Positions 16,828 through 25,309 of a DNA stretch of 64,000 nucleotides are shown in pieces. Made by a program: the position numbers and the translations under genes. This stretch comes from an uncultured Bacteroidales bacterium (lineage in GTDB: Bacteria > Bacteroidota > Bacteroidia > Bacteroidales > UBA932). The stretch is from the NCBI GenBank assembly GCA_947169015.1, contig CAMVOD010000002.1, positions 53,855-117,854 on the forward strand. The letters run 5' to 3'. The first letter of the stretch is position 1. Each line of letters begins with the position of its first letter. The notes beneath the pieces are model-generated. The model was not told the origin of the DNA and made no database searches. It saw only the letters and a list, made by a program, of their open reading frames with translations.

Positions 16828-16841
16828 ACATACGTCATAAT

Positions 16842-17372
16842 ATGATCTCTCACCAGCTTGACCTGACAGACAGAAGGATTCTTTCATTCCTGATCAAGAA
16901 CGCCAGACTTCCCTACCTCGAAATCGCCCGCGAATGCGGCATTTCCGGCGCAGCCATCCACCAGCGCGTACACAAGATGGAGCAGATGGGCATAATCACC
17001 GGCTCCAGACTTCTCGTCAAGCCGCAGGCCCTGGGACTGAACGTATGCGCCTTCATCGGCGTGAGCCTCTCCCGGGCAAACGCATACTCGCAGGTCATCG
17101 ACACCCTCAAGAACATCCCTGAGATCGTCGAGTGCCATTTCATCACCGGCAACCACGCCCTGATGCTCAAAATCTACTGCAAGGACAACGACCACCTGAT
17201 GCACGTGCTGATCGACACCATCCAGAACATCGATGGCGTCGAGCGCACCGAGACCTGGATATCCCTCGAAGAAACCATCGAGAGGCAGGTTTCTATCGAT
17301 GACACTTCGTCATACTCAAGGACAAAGAGCGCCTCTGCGAAGAAAGAGAGCCGCAAGAAAGCTTCAAAGTAA
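16842..17372 (+). CDS. Lrp/AsnC-family transcriptional regulator
   Basis: N-terminal HTH LDLTDRRILSFLIKNARLPYLEIARECGISGAAIHQRV plus a RAM-like C-terminal domain. Confidence 0.85.
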   Translation: MISHQLDLTDRRILSFLIKNARLPYLEIARECGISGAAIHQRVHKMEQMGIITGSRLLVKPQALGLNVCAFIGVSLSRANAYSQVIDTLKNIPEIVECHFITGNHALMLKIYCKDNDHLMHVLIDTIQNIDGVERTETWISLEETIERQVSIDDTSSYSRTKSASAKKESRKKASK

Positions 17373-18029
17373 CGCTTCCGCGATCCTGAGGTCGTCCGGA
17401 GTTGTAATCTTGATATTGTAACGCAGACCTGCCACCGTCTTCACGGGGAAGCCGGCCTTCTGCACCACGGTCAGGTCGTCGGTGAAGGAAGTGTCGTAAG
17501 ACTGCCCGTAAGCTTTGCGGAGTATCTCCGAACGGAAGACCTGAGGTGTCTGGACAGCCACGAAGCGGGACCTGTCGGCAGGCACCGTCCCGTCCTCTGT
17601 TTTCTCACGTATACTCTCCACCAGAGGCACCACGGGCGCCACCGCGCCGCATCTTTCAGCCTCTTCGAACAGGCCTTCCAGGAATTCCGTCGTCACGAAG
17701 GGCCGCACCCCGTCGTGGACGGCGACGAGGGCCCCGTCGGGGACATACTCAAGGGCGTTCTTGACTGAATGGAAACGGGTGAAGCCTCCACTGGGCAGAG
17801 TGTATCTTTCCAGAAAGGCGGTGCTGCGGCAATAGTTCTTCCAATAATCTTTGTATTCGTCTGACAGAACCACGATTATCTCTACCGCCGGGCTCATCGC
17901 AAGGAACCTCTCGATGGTATGGCGCAATATCGGTTTCCCGGCGATTTCAATAAATTGCTTGGGTATTTTTGAATTCATCCTCGCACCCGATCCTGCAGCT
18001 ACGATAACGGCGTATCTTTTTCTGTCCAT
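17364..18029 (-). CDS. ispD: 2-C-methyl-D-erythritol 4-phosphate cytidylyltransferase
   Basis: 221 aa with the VIVAAGSGARM nucleotide-binding loop. Confidence 0.92.
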   Translation of the reverse strand: MDRKRYAVIVAAGSGARMNSKIPKQFIEIAGKPILRHTIERFLAMSPAVEIIVVLSDEYKDYWKNYCRSTAFLERYTLPSGGFTRFHSVKNALEYVPDGALVAVHDGVRPFVTTEFLEGLFEEAERCGAVAPVVPLVESIREKTEDGTVPADRSRFVAVQTPQVFRSEILRKAYGQSYDTSFTDDLTVVQKAGFPVKTVAGLRYNIKITTPDDLRIAEALL

Positions 18030-18048
18030 ATTGTCAATAACTTGTATA

Positions 18049-18056
18049 CAAAGTTA
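18049..18056 (-). promoter_or_regulatory. Candidate -7 promoter box (TAACTTTG) for ispD
   Basis: TAnnTTTG match on the minus strand, 19 nt upstream of the ATG at 18029. Confidence 0.4.
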
Positions 18057-18079
18057 ACTTTTAATTAGCCATTATTCAC

Positions 18080-18087
18080 TACTTTTG
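18080..18087 (+). promoter_or_regulatory. Candidate -7 promoter box (TACTTTTG) for purH and the mre cluster
   Basis: TAnnTTTG match 18 nt upstream of ATG 18106. Confidence 0.45.
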
Positions 18088-18105
18088 TGTGATTAAGCTA
18101 AAACC

Positions 18106-19635
18106 ATGACACCAGAATTGAAAAAAATCTCATCTGCACTTATTTCCGTGTTTTACAAGGACGGCATCGAAGAGATTGCCGACATCCTCGCCAGCAAAGG
18201 CGTAACCTTGTATTCCACCGGAGGAACCTACGATTTTCTGGCCTCCAAGGGCTATGAAGTGACAAAAGTAGAGGACGTCACCGGCTACCCTTCAATCCTC
18301 GGCGGAAGGGTCAAGACCCTCCATCCCAAAATTTTCGGCGGCATCCTCGCAAGACGCGAAAACCCCTCCGACCTGGAGCAGATGCAGCAATATGAAATAC
18401 CTGCGCTCGACCTCGTCATCGTCGACCTCTATCCCTTCGAGGAATACGTCGCAAAGGGCGCTTCCCATCAGGAAATCATCGAAAAAATCGATATCGGCGG
18501 CATCAGCCTCATCCGCGCCGCCGCCAAGAACTACAAAGACGTAGTCATCGTGCCCTGCAAGGACTGCTACGGCAAGCTTGCCAGCCTCCTCAAGGAGAAA
18601 GACGGCTGCACGAGCGAGGAAGACAGGCTCTCATTCGCCAAATACGCTTTCTCGGTGAGCAGTTCTTACGACACCGCAATCTTCAACTACCTCAACCGCG
18701 ACGGCGAGGTGGATATGTTCGCCCGCAGCTACAACACCTCAACCCCTCTGCGCTACGGCGAGAACCCTCACCAGAGCGCAGCCTTCTACGGCGATGCATC
18801 CACTCTCCCCGAGCAGCTGCACGGCAAGGAGATCTCATACAACAACCTGCTTGACATCGAGGCCGCCATCGAACTCATCTCGGACTTCAGCGAGCCCACC
18901 GTAGCCATCATCAAGCACAACAACGCCTGCGGCTGCGCCACCAGGGCGACAGTCCTCGAAGCCTGGAAAGACGCCCTTGCCGGCGACCCTGTTTCAGCAT
19001 TCGGAGGCATCATCATCTCCAACGTGCCTGTCGACAGCTCAGCTGCCGAGGAGATCAACAAAATCTTCTTCGAGGTCATCATCGCTCCGGACTATGCTCC
19101 CGAGGCGCTCGAGATTCTCAAGCAGAAGAAAAACCGCATAATAATGGTCAGCCGCAACGCTGCCCCGTCTGCCGTCAAGTTCCGTTCTATGCTGGGCGGA
19201 GCCCTCGTGCAGCAGAGGGACACCAAGACCGAGACCCCGGCCGACCTCAAGCCCGTCACCAAGGCCGTTCCCACTGACGCCCAGGTTGCCGACCTGCTTT
19301 TCGCCAACAAACTCGTCAAGCACTCGAAGTCCAATTCGATCGTGCTTGCCAAAGACGGTATGCTGCTCGCCAGCGGCGTAGGCCAGACTTCAAGGGTTGA
19401 CGCCCTCAAGCAGGCCATCGCCAAGGCCCTCAGCTTCGGCTTCGACCTCAAGGGCGCCGTAATGGCCTCTGACGCCTTCTTCCCCTTCCCCGACTGCGTC
19501 GAAATCGCAGACCAGGCAGGCATCACCGCTGTCATCCATCCGGGCGGCAGCATCCGCGACCAGGAAAGCGTCGACTACTGCGACAAACATAACCTGGCTA
19601 TGGTAATCACAGGATTCAGACACTTCAAACACTAG
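18106..19635 (+). CDS. purH: Bifunctional AICAR transformylase / IMP cyclohydrolase
   Basis: 509 aa with an MGS-like N-terminus (ALISVFYKDG...YSTGGTYDFL) and a conserved AICARFT domain. Confidence 0.95.
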   Translation: MTPELKKISSALISVFYKDGIEEIADILASKGVTLYSTGGTYDFLASKGYEVTKVEDVTGYPSILGGRVKTLHPKIFGGILARRENPSDLEQMQQYEIPALDLVIVDLYPFEEYVAKGASHQEIIEKIDIGGISLIRAAAKNYKDVVIVPCKDCYGKLASLLKEKDGCTSEEDRLSFAKYAFSVSSSYDTAIFNYLNRDGEVDMFARSYNTSTPLRYGENPHQSAAFYGDASTLPEQLHGKEISYNNLLDIEAAIELISDFSEPTVAIIKHNNACGCATRATVLEAWKDALAGDPVSAFGGIIISNVPVDSSAAEEINKIFFEVIIAPDYAPEALEILKQKKNRIIMVSRNAAPSAVKFRSMLGGALVQQRDTKTETPADLKPVTKAVPTDAQVADLLFANKLVKHSKSNSIVLAKDGMLLASGVGQTSRVDALKQAIAKALSFGFDLKGAVMASDAFFPFPDCVEIADQAGITAVIHPGGSIRDQESVDYCDKHNLAMVITGFRHFKH

Positions 19636-19656
19636 AAATCACTATTATTAATCGAT

Positions 19657-20676
19657 ATGGCATTCTCGTTTCTAACCCAAGAACTTGCAATCGACCTCGG
19701 TACCGCCAACATCGTCATTTTTATGAACGACAAGAAGGTGATAGACGAGCCTTCCATCGTTGCGATAGACATCCCCACCAATAAACCTATCGCCGTCGGA
19801 ACCCAGGCCAAGCTGATGCACGAACGCACAAACCCGACCATCCGTACCGTCAGGCCCCTCAGGGACGGCGTAATCGCAGACTTCGAAGCCGCAGAGCTGA
19901 TGCTGCGAGAGTTCATCAAGATGATCAACCGCAAACGCACTCTCTTCGCCCCCAACCTCAAGATTGTCGTCAGCATCCCCAAAGGCAGCACGGAAGTGGA
20001 GATCAGAGCCGTGCGCGACTCCTGCGAACACGCCGGAGGCCGTGACGTCTATATGATGTTCGAGCCTATGGCCGCAGCGCTTGGTATCGGACTGGACGTA
20101 ACCGCTCCTTCCGGCAATATGGTGGTCGACATCGGAGGCGGCACCACCGAAGTTGCAGTCATCTCCCTTGGCGGCATCGTAGCCAGCGAGAGCATCCGTA
20201 CCGCAGGTGACGTCTTCACCAGCGACATCCAGCAGTATATGCGCCAGCAGCACAACATCCGTGTCGGCGAGATCACTGCCGAGGACATCAAGATCAAGAT
20301 CGGCGCAGCCATATCGGAACTCGACGAGACTCCGGATCCCTACATCGTGAACGGTCCCAACCTGATGACGGCCCACCCCGTGGAGGCTGAGGTCACCTCC
20401 CAGGAGATCGCCCACTGCCTCGACAAGTCGCTCGTGAGACTGGAGACAGCCATCCTCACAGTGCTTGAAAAGACTCCGCCCGAGCTTTACGCCGACATCG
20501 TCCACAAGGGAATCTTCCTGACCGGCGGCGGCGCCCTGCTCAAGGGTCTCGACCAAAGGCTTGCCAGAAAGATCAACATCCCGTTCCACGTGTCGGAAGA
20601 CCCGCTGCGCGCAGTGGCCCGCGGCACCTGCCAGGCTCTCAAGAACACTTCAACATATAAATTCCTGTTCAGGTAA
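19657..20676 (+). CDS. mreB: Rod shape-determining protein MreB
   Basis: Actin-like ATPase with IDLGTANIV and DIGGGTTEVAVISLGG motifs. Confidence 0.95.
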   Translation: MAFSFLTQELAIDLGTANIVIFMNDKKVIDEPSIVAIDIPTNKPIAVGTQAKLMHERTNPTIRTVRPLRDGVIADFEAAELMLREFIKMINRKRTLFAPNLKIVVSIPKGSTEVEIRAVRDSCEHAGGRDVYMMFEPMAAALGIGLDVTAPSGNMVVDIGGGTTEVAVISLGGIVASESIRTAGDVFTSDIQQYMRQQHNIRVGEITAEDIKIKIGAAISELDETPDPYIVNGPNLMTAHPVEAEVTSQEIAHCLDKSLVRLETAILTVLEKTPPELYADIVHKGIFLTGGGALLKGLDQRLARKINIPFHVSEDPLRAVARGTCQALKNTSTYKFLFR

Positions 20677-21494
20677 TGACAGGTCGCCCCGCCCTTGTAC
20701 GCATCGCAATAAATATCGTGGTATTCATTGCACTGGAGGTGCTGTGCCTTATAATGATTGCAGGCAACAGCGTCGTGCAGCGCTACAAGATCCTCGGGGC
20801 CATACGTGAAGCCCAGGCTGCCCTGTGGCAGAGGACGAGCGAGATAGGTTCCTATTTTTCTCTCAAGAAAGACAACCGGCTGCTGGTGCAGGAGAATGTC
20901 GACCTGCAGCGCCAGCTGAACGCCTATAAGGCCCTGGCCGTGATGCAGGACTCGACGGACTTGCATCCTTCTGGCCTTTACTCCTATATGGCGGCCGACA
21001 TCGTCAAGAGCACCCGCGGCAAGCAGCACAACTATATGCTCATCGACAAGGGCTCCCGGGCCGGAGTATCTGAAGGTATGGGCGTAGTCACTGCGAACGG
21101 AGTGGTAGGCGTGATAGATGCAGTGAGCGACAATTACTCATACGTGATCTCCTTCCTGAACACGGAGCAGTCCGTGAGCGCACGGCTGACAAAGAGCGAC
21201 CACTTCGGCCTGCTGCGCTGGGAAGGCGTCAATCCCCACAAAGCCACTCTGACTGAGATCTCCCTCAACTGCGGAGCCGCCGTCGGCGACAGCGTGGCGA
21301 CCAGCGGACACTCCAGCATCTTCCCCGCCGACATCCCTATCGGCGTCATCAGCAAGATAAAGCCTGTCAGCGGCCTCTACCTGAGCCTGGAAGTAGACCT
21401 GTTCCAGGACTACAGCAGGCTGCGCCACGTATATGTGGTCGCCAACAAGGACCGTAAGGAGATCGAAGAACTCGAGCAGGAGGAACGGCAATGA
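20676..21494 (+). CDS. mreC: Rod shape-determining protein MreC
   Basis: Position after mreB, TM anchor plus coiled coil plus beta-rich domain, 272 aa. Confidence 0.85.
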   Translation: MTGRPALVRIAINIVVFIALEVLCLIMIAGNSVVQRYKILGAIREAQAALWQRTSEIGSYFSLKKDNRLLVQENVDLQRQLNAYKALAVMQDSTDLHPSGLYSYMAADIVKSTRGKQHNYMLIDKGSRAGVSEGMGVVTANGVVGVIDAVSDNYSYVISFLNTEQSVSARLTKSDHFGLLRWEGVNPHKATLTEISLNCGAAVGDSVATSGHSSIFPADIPIGVISKIKPVSGLYLSLEVDLFQDYSRLRHVYVVANKDRKEIEELEQEERQ

Positions 21495-22003
21495 AAGACA
21501 ACTGGGGACGCTTCATATTCTATGCAACTCTGCTGATAATCCAGATAGTCCTTTCGGGCTATGTGAATGTCGGCCCGTACATCTACCTGTGCTGCCTGCC
21601 CCTCATCGTCATCTACCTCCCGCTCTACCAGGAGACCAGCCTGTCGATGCTCATCGCCTTCGGCTGCGGCCTGCTCGTTGACAGCCTCGGCGACGGCATA
21701 ATGGGTCTGAATGCGGCAGCAGCCGTGGCCCTGGCAGCCGTCCGCAAGCCTCTCTTCGCCGCTTTCTTCACGAAGGACAACGTGGAGAGGGCCATATTCC
21801 CGACCATACGCGACACCGGCGTTATGCGGCACATCAATTTCATCCTCTGCTCACTGCTGGTCTACTTCATCGTCTACATCTGCCTCGATTCTGTAGGTAT
21901 GGAGAGCTTCCAGACCACGCTGCTCAGGCTTGTGCTGAGCTGCGCGGCGAACCTCGCCATCATCCTGGCCATCGACTATTTTATGTTCAACGCACGGAAA
22001 TAA
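21491..22003 (+). CDS. mreD: Rod shape-determining protein MreD
   Basis: Small polytopic membrane protein with an ATGA overlap with mreC. Synteny supports the call. Confidence 0.8.
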   Translation: MKDNWGRFIFYATLLIIQIVLSGYVNVGPYIYLCCLPLIVIYLPLYQETSLSMLIAFGCGLLVDSLGDGIMGLNAAAAVALAAVRKPLFAAFFTKDNVERAIFPTIRDTGVMRHINFILCSLLVYFIVYICLDSVGMESFQTTLLRLVLSCAANLAIILAIDYFMFNARK

Positions 22004-22006
22004 GCA

Positions 22007-23854
22007 ATGGCACTATCCATCAGCAGAAAGAACATCCTCCTCGCTTCGATAGCGATTGCCTTCCTTGCAGTCATAGGCAGGCTGTTCTACGTGCAGATAA
22101 TTGAAGACAAATACCGCATCAACGCCGAGAACAACGCTCTGAAATACAAGGTGAACTATCCCGCCCGCGGACGCATCCTCGACCGCAACGGGGAGATAAT
22201 GGTCGACAACAAGATCATCTATGACCTCGAAGTGACACCCATCGACGTACAGCCCTTCGACACCCTAGCCTTCTGCCGGATATTCGACCTCGACGAGGAG
22301 TTCGTCAAGGAGCGCTTCGACTATTACCGCCGCTACCGCAGCCGCATAGGCTACGGATCCGTTTCCTTCCTCAAGCAGATTCCGGGCGAGATGTACGACA
22401 AATTCGCCGAGAAGAGCTATATGTTCCCCGGCTTCGACGCAGTCATAAGGACCGCCCGCGACTACCCCGTCAATTCCGGCGGAAACCTGCTGGGCTACAT
22501 CAGCGAGGTTGACCAGAATTTCCTGAAGAACCACGAAGGCTATGTGATGGGTGATTTCGCAGGCAAAACCGGAATGGAGATGGCCTTCGAAGACCGTCTC
22601 AAAGGCGAGAAAGGCTTCGAGATCTTCCTGCGCGACGCTCACAACCGCATCCAGGAGCACTATGAGGACGGAGCCTACGACAAGGAAGCCATCGGCGGGG
22701 CAGACGTCACGACCACCATCGACCTGCACCTGCAGGCCTACGGCCAGCAGCTGATGCAGAACAAGGTGGGTTCGGTAGTGGCCATCGAGCCCTCGACCGG
22801 AGAGATCCTGGCGATGGTGTCCAGCCCCGGCATCGACGTATCCCAGCTGGCCGAAATCAACAAATACTACTCTGAACTGATAAACGACCCCTACAAGCCG
22901 ATGTTCAACAGGGCTGTCCAGTCCGCACAGCCGCCCGGCTCCGTGTTCAAGGTGGTCAACGGCCTCATCGGCCTGCAGGAAGGAGTGCTGACTCCCGACA
23001 CGAAATATCCCTGCCACGCCGGATACCAGGTCGGAAGGGTCAAGCTGGGCTGCCACAACCACGTCTCGCCCATCGATATGTACCAGTCCCTGATGATGTC
23101 CTGCAACGCATATTACTGCTATGTGTTCCGCAACATCATCGACAATCCCAAATACGGCAGCGTGGGCGAGGCCTTCGACAAGTGGAGGGAATACGTGACT
23201 TCGTTCGGCTTCGGCACCAAGCTGGGAAGCGACATCCCCTACGAACTGGCCGGAAACGTCCCCAGCCGAGCGACCTACGACAGGCTTCACGGCAAGGACC
23301 GCTGGAGGTCCCTTTCCATCATCTCGCTGTCCATCGGCCAGGGAGAGCTCGGCTGCACGCCGCTGCACCTTGCCAATATGTGCGCCACCGTGGCCAACAG
23401 GGGCTACTATTACATCCCCCATTATGTGAAATACAAGCCGGGAGAGGCGGTGGACAGCACCTACAACCTCTACACCACCCGTCACTATACGATGGTCGAC
23501 ACGACCTACTTCCCTGAAGTCGTCAAGGGTATGGAGATGGCCGTGCAGGGCGGTCCCGGCGCAACCGCCAGGTCCGTGGCCATCCCGGGCATAGTGATGT
23601 GCGGCAAGACCGGCACGGCCCAGAACCCGCACGGCAGCGACCACTCGGTGTTTATGTGCTTCGCCCCGAAGGACGACCCCAAGATAGCGGTGGTGGCATA
23701 CGTGGAGAACGCCGGCTTCGGCGCGACCTGGGCGGCCCCCATAGCCTCGCTGCTCGTGGAAAGATACCTCAACGGGGAGATAAGCCCCGAAAGAAAATAC
23801 CTCGAACAACGAATGTTCGACGCCAATCTGTTGTATAAGGTCAAGACAAGATGA
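22007..23854 (+). CDS. mrdA: Penicillin-binding protein 2
   Basis: TM anchor. Motifs SVFK (SxxK), SCN (SxN) and KTGTA. Confidence 0.93.
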   Translation: MALSISRKNILLASIAIAFLAVIGRLFYVQIIEDKYRINAENNALKYKVNYPARGRILDRNGEIMVDNKIIYDLEVTPIDVQPFDTLAFCRIFDLDEEFVKERFDYYRRYRSRIGYGSVSFLKQIPGEMYDKFAEKSYMFPGFDAVIRTARDYPVNSGGNLLGYISEVDQNFLKNHEGYVMGDFAGKTGMEMAFEDRLKGEKGFEIFLRDAHNRIQEHYEDGAYDKEAIGGADVTTTIDLHLQAYGQQLMQNKVGSVVAIEPSTGEILAMVSSPGIDVSQLAEINKYYSELINDPYKPMFNRAVQSAQPPGSVFKVVNGLIGLQEGVLTPDTKYPCHAGYQVGRVKLGCHNHVSPIDMYQSLMMSCNAYYCYVFRNIIDNPKYGSVGEAFDKWREYVTSFGFGTKLGSDIPYELAGNVPSRATYDRLHGKDRWRSLSIISLSIGQGELGCTPLHLANMCATVANRGYYYIPHYVKYKPGEAVDSTYNLYTTRHYTMVDTTYFPEVVKGMEMAVQGGPGATARSVAIPGIVMCGKTGTAQNPHGSDHSVFMCFAPKDDPKIAVVAYVENAGFGATWAAPIASLLVERYLNGEISPERKYLEQRMFDANLLYKVKTR

Positions 23855-25296
23855 CAGGCAACGCATCAATATACAGCAAGCTGGACTGGAGACTGATTAT
23901 CTACTACCTGATACTCGTCGTCTTCGGCTGGCTCAACATATTCTCTTCCGTCCACGCGGAGGATTCGATGCTGTTCGACTTCAGTCAGCGGTACGGAATG
24001 CACTTCATCTGGATGTGCATCTCGATAGCCCTGGCGGTCGCCATCGTCTTCGTCATACCTTCCAAGATCTATAACGGCCTTGCGTGGTGGATGTACATCC
24101 TTATGATAGGGCTGCTGCTGGTGACCCTGGTCATCGGAGTGGAAGTCAAGGGCTCCCGGTCGTGGATTTCACTGGGAGGCATCCAGTTCCAGCCTGCAGA
24201 ATTCTCCAAGATCACGACCGCCCTCGCCCTTTCGGCGCTGATGGGCAAATACGGATACGTGTTCAAGCGCACCGACTGCTGGATCAAGGCCCTGGCCACC
24301 ATCGGCATTCCTATGCTGCTGATCCTGATGGAAAAGGAGACCGGCTCGATGCTGGTCTACATCGGCTTCTTCCTGGTGTTCTACCGGGAAGGTATGAGCG
24401 GCTGGTTCCTGCTGGCGGGTCTGTTCGCCGTCCTCGAATTCATACTGGGGCTGGTCTTCTCGCCCTTCGTGGCTATGCTGGTGCTGACGGGCACCTTCCT
24501 GCTGATCTATTTCATAAGGAACAGGAATGTCCTCCCTGGCATCATCATCACCGCAGTCGTAATTACGCTGCTGGCCTTCCTGCCGAAGCTCCTCGCCGTC
24601 GAATCCATTGCGGCGAAGAACCCTTTCCCGGCTGAGATATGGATTGCCATCGTCTGCTGCGCCGCATCGGTCTTCGTGCTTGTGAGAGGCCTGCTGCTGC
24701 GCACCAAGGACAAATTTATGCGCAACCTGCTCATCTTCTACATCCTGTTCACGGGCTTCATCTTCTCCGTCCAGTTCATTTTCAACAATGTGCTCCAGGA
24801 CCACCAGAGAGCCCGCATCGAAGTGCTGCTGGGTATGAAGGACGACCCCAAAGGCGTAGGCTACAACGTCCATCAGTCGCTCATCGCCATCGGCTCCGGC
24901 GGCCTGTTCGGCAAAGGATATATGCAGGGGACGCAGACCCGCTTCGACTTCGTCCCCGAGCAGACCACCGACTTCATCTTCTGCACCATCGGGGAAGAGT
25001 GGGGCTTCGTCGGCTCGATGGCCGTCCTGGTCCTGTACTTCCTGCTGCTGATGCGCATCATCAACAAGGCCGAGCAGAACGCCGACAATTTCACCCGCAT
25101 CTACGGCTACTGCGTCGCGTGCTGCCTGCTGATGCACATTCTCATCAACATCTGTATGACTATCGGACTTATGCCGGTGATAGGCATCCCCCTGCCCTTC
25201 CTGAGCTACGGAGGATCCTCGCTGCTGGCATTCACCATACTGCTATTCATTTTCATAAGGCTTGACCTTGACCAGTGGAGATATCTTAAACATTAA
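23851..25296 (+). CDS. rodA: Rod shape-determining protein RodA (SEDS family)
   Basis: Polytopic protein with the PEQTTDFIF motif and an ATGA overlap with mrdA. Confidence 0.92.
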   Translation: MTGNASIYSKLDWRLIIYYLILVVFGWLNIFSSVHAEDSMLFDFSQRYGMHFIWMCISIALAVAIVFVIPSKIYNGLAWWMYILMIGLLLVTLVIGVEVKGSRSWISLGGIQFQPAEFSKITTALALSALMGKYGYVFKRTDCWIKALATIGIPMLLILMEKETGSMLVYIGFFLVFYREGMSGWFLLAGLFAVLEFILGLVFSPFVAMLVLTGTFLLIYFIRNRNVLPGIIITAVVITLLAFLPKLLAVESIAAKNPFPAEIWIAIVCCAASVFVLVRGLLLRTKDKFMRNLLIFYILFTGFIFSVQFIFNNVLQDHQRARIEVLLGMKDDPKGVGYNVHQSLIAIGSGGLFGKGYMQGTQTRFDFVPEQTTDFIFCTIGEEWGFVGSMAVLVLYFLLLMRIINKAEQNADNFTRIYGYCVACCLLMHILINICMTIGLMPVIGIPLPFLSYGGSSLLAFTILLFIFIRLDLDQWRYLKH

Positions 25297-25309
25297 ATAA
25301 ACAACATAT

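Noticed and set aside
22265-23869. 534-aa ORF on the minus strand
   Set aside because: It is a shadow frame antisense to mrdA (PBP2, with SxxK/SxN/KTG motifs). It has the same biased composition and no independent signals.
25297-25309. Glycine riboswitch upstream of gcvP
   Set aside because: Only 13 nt separate rodA from gcvP, which is far too short for a riboswitch aptamer.
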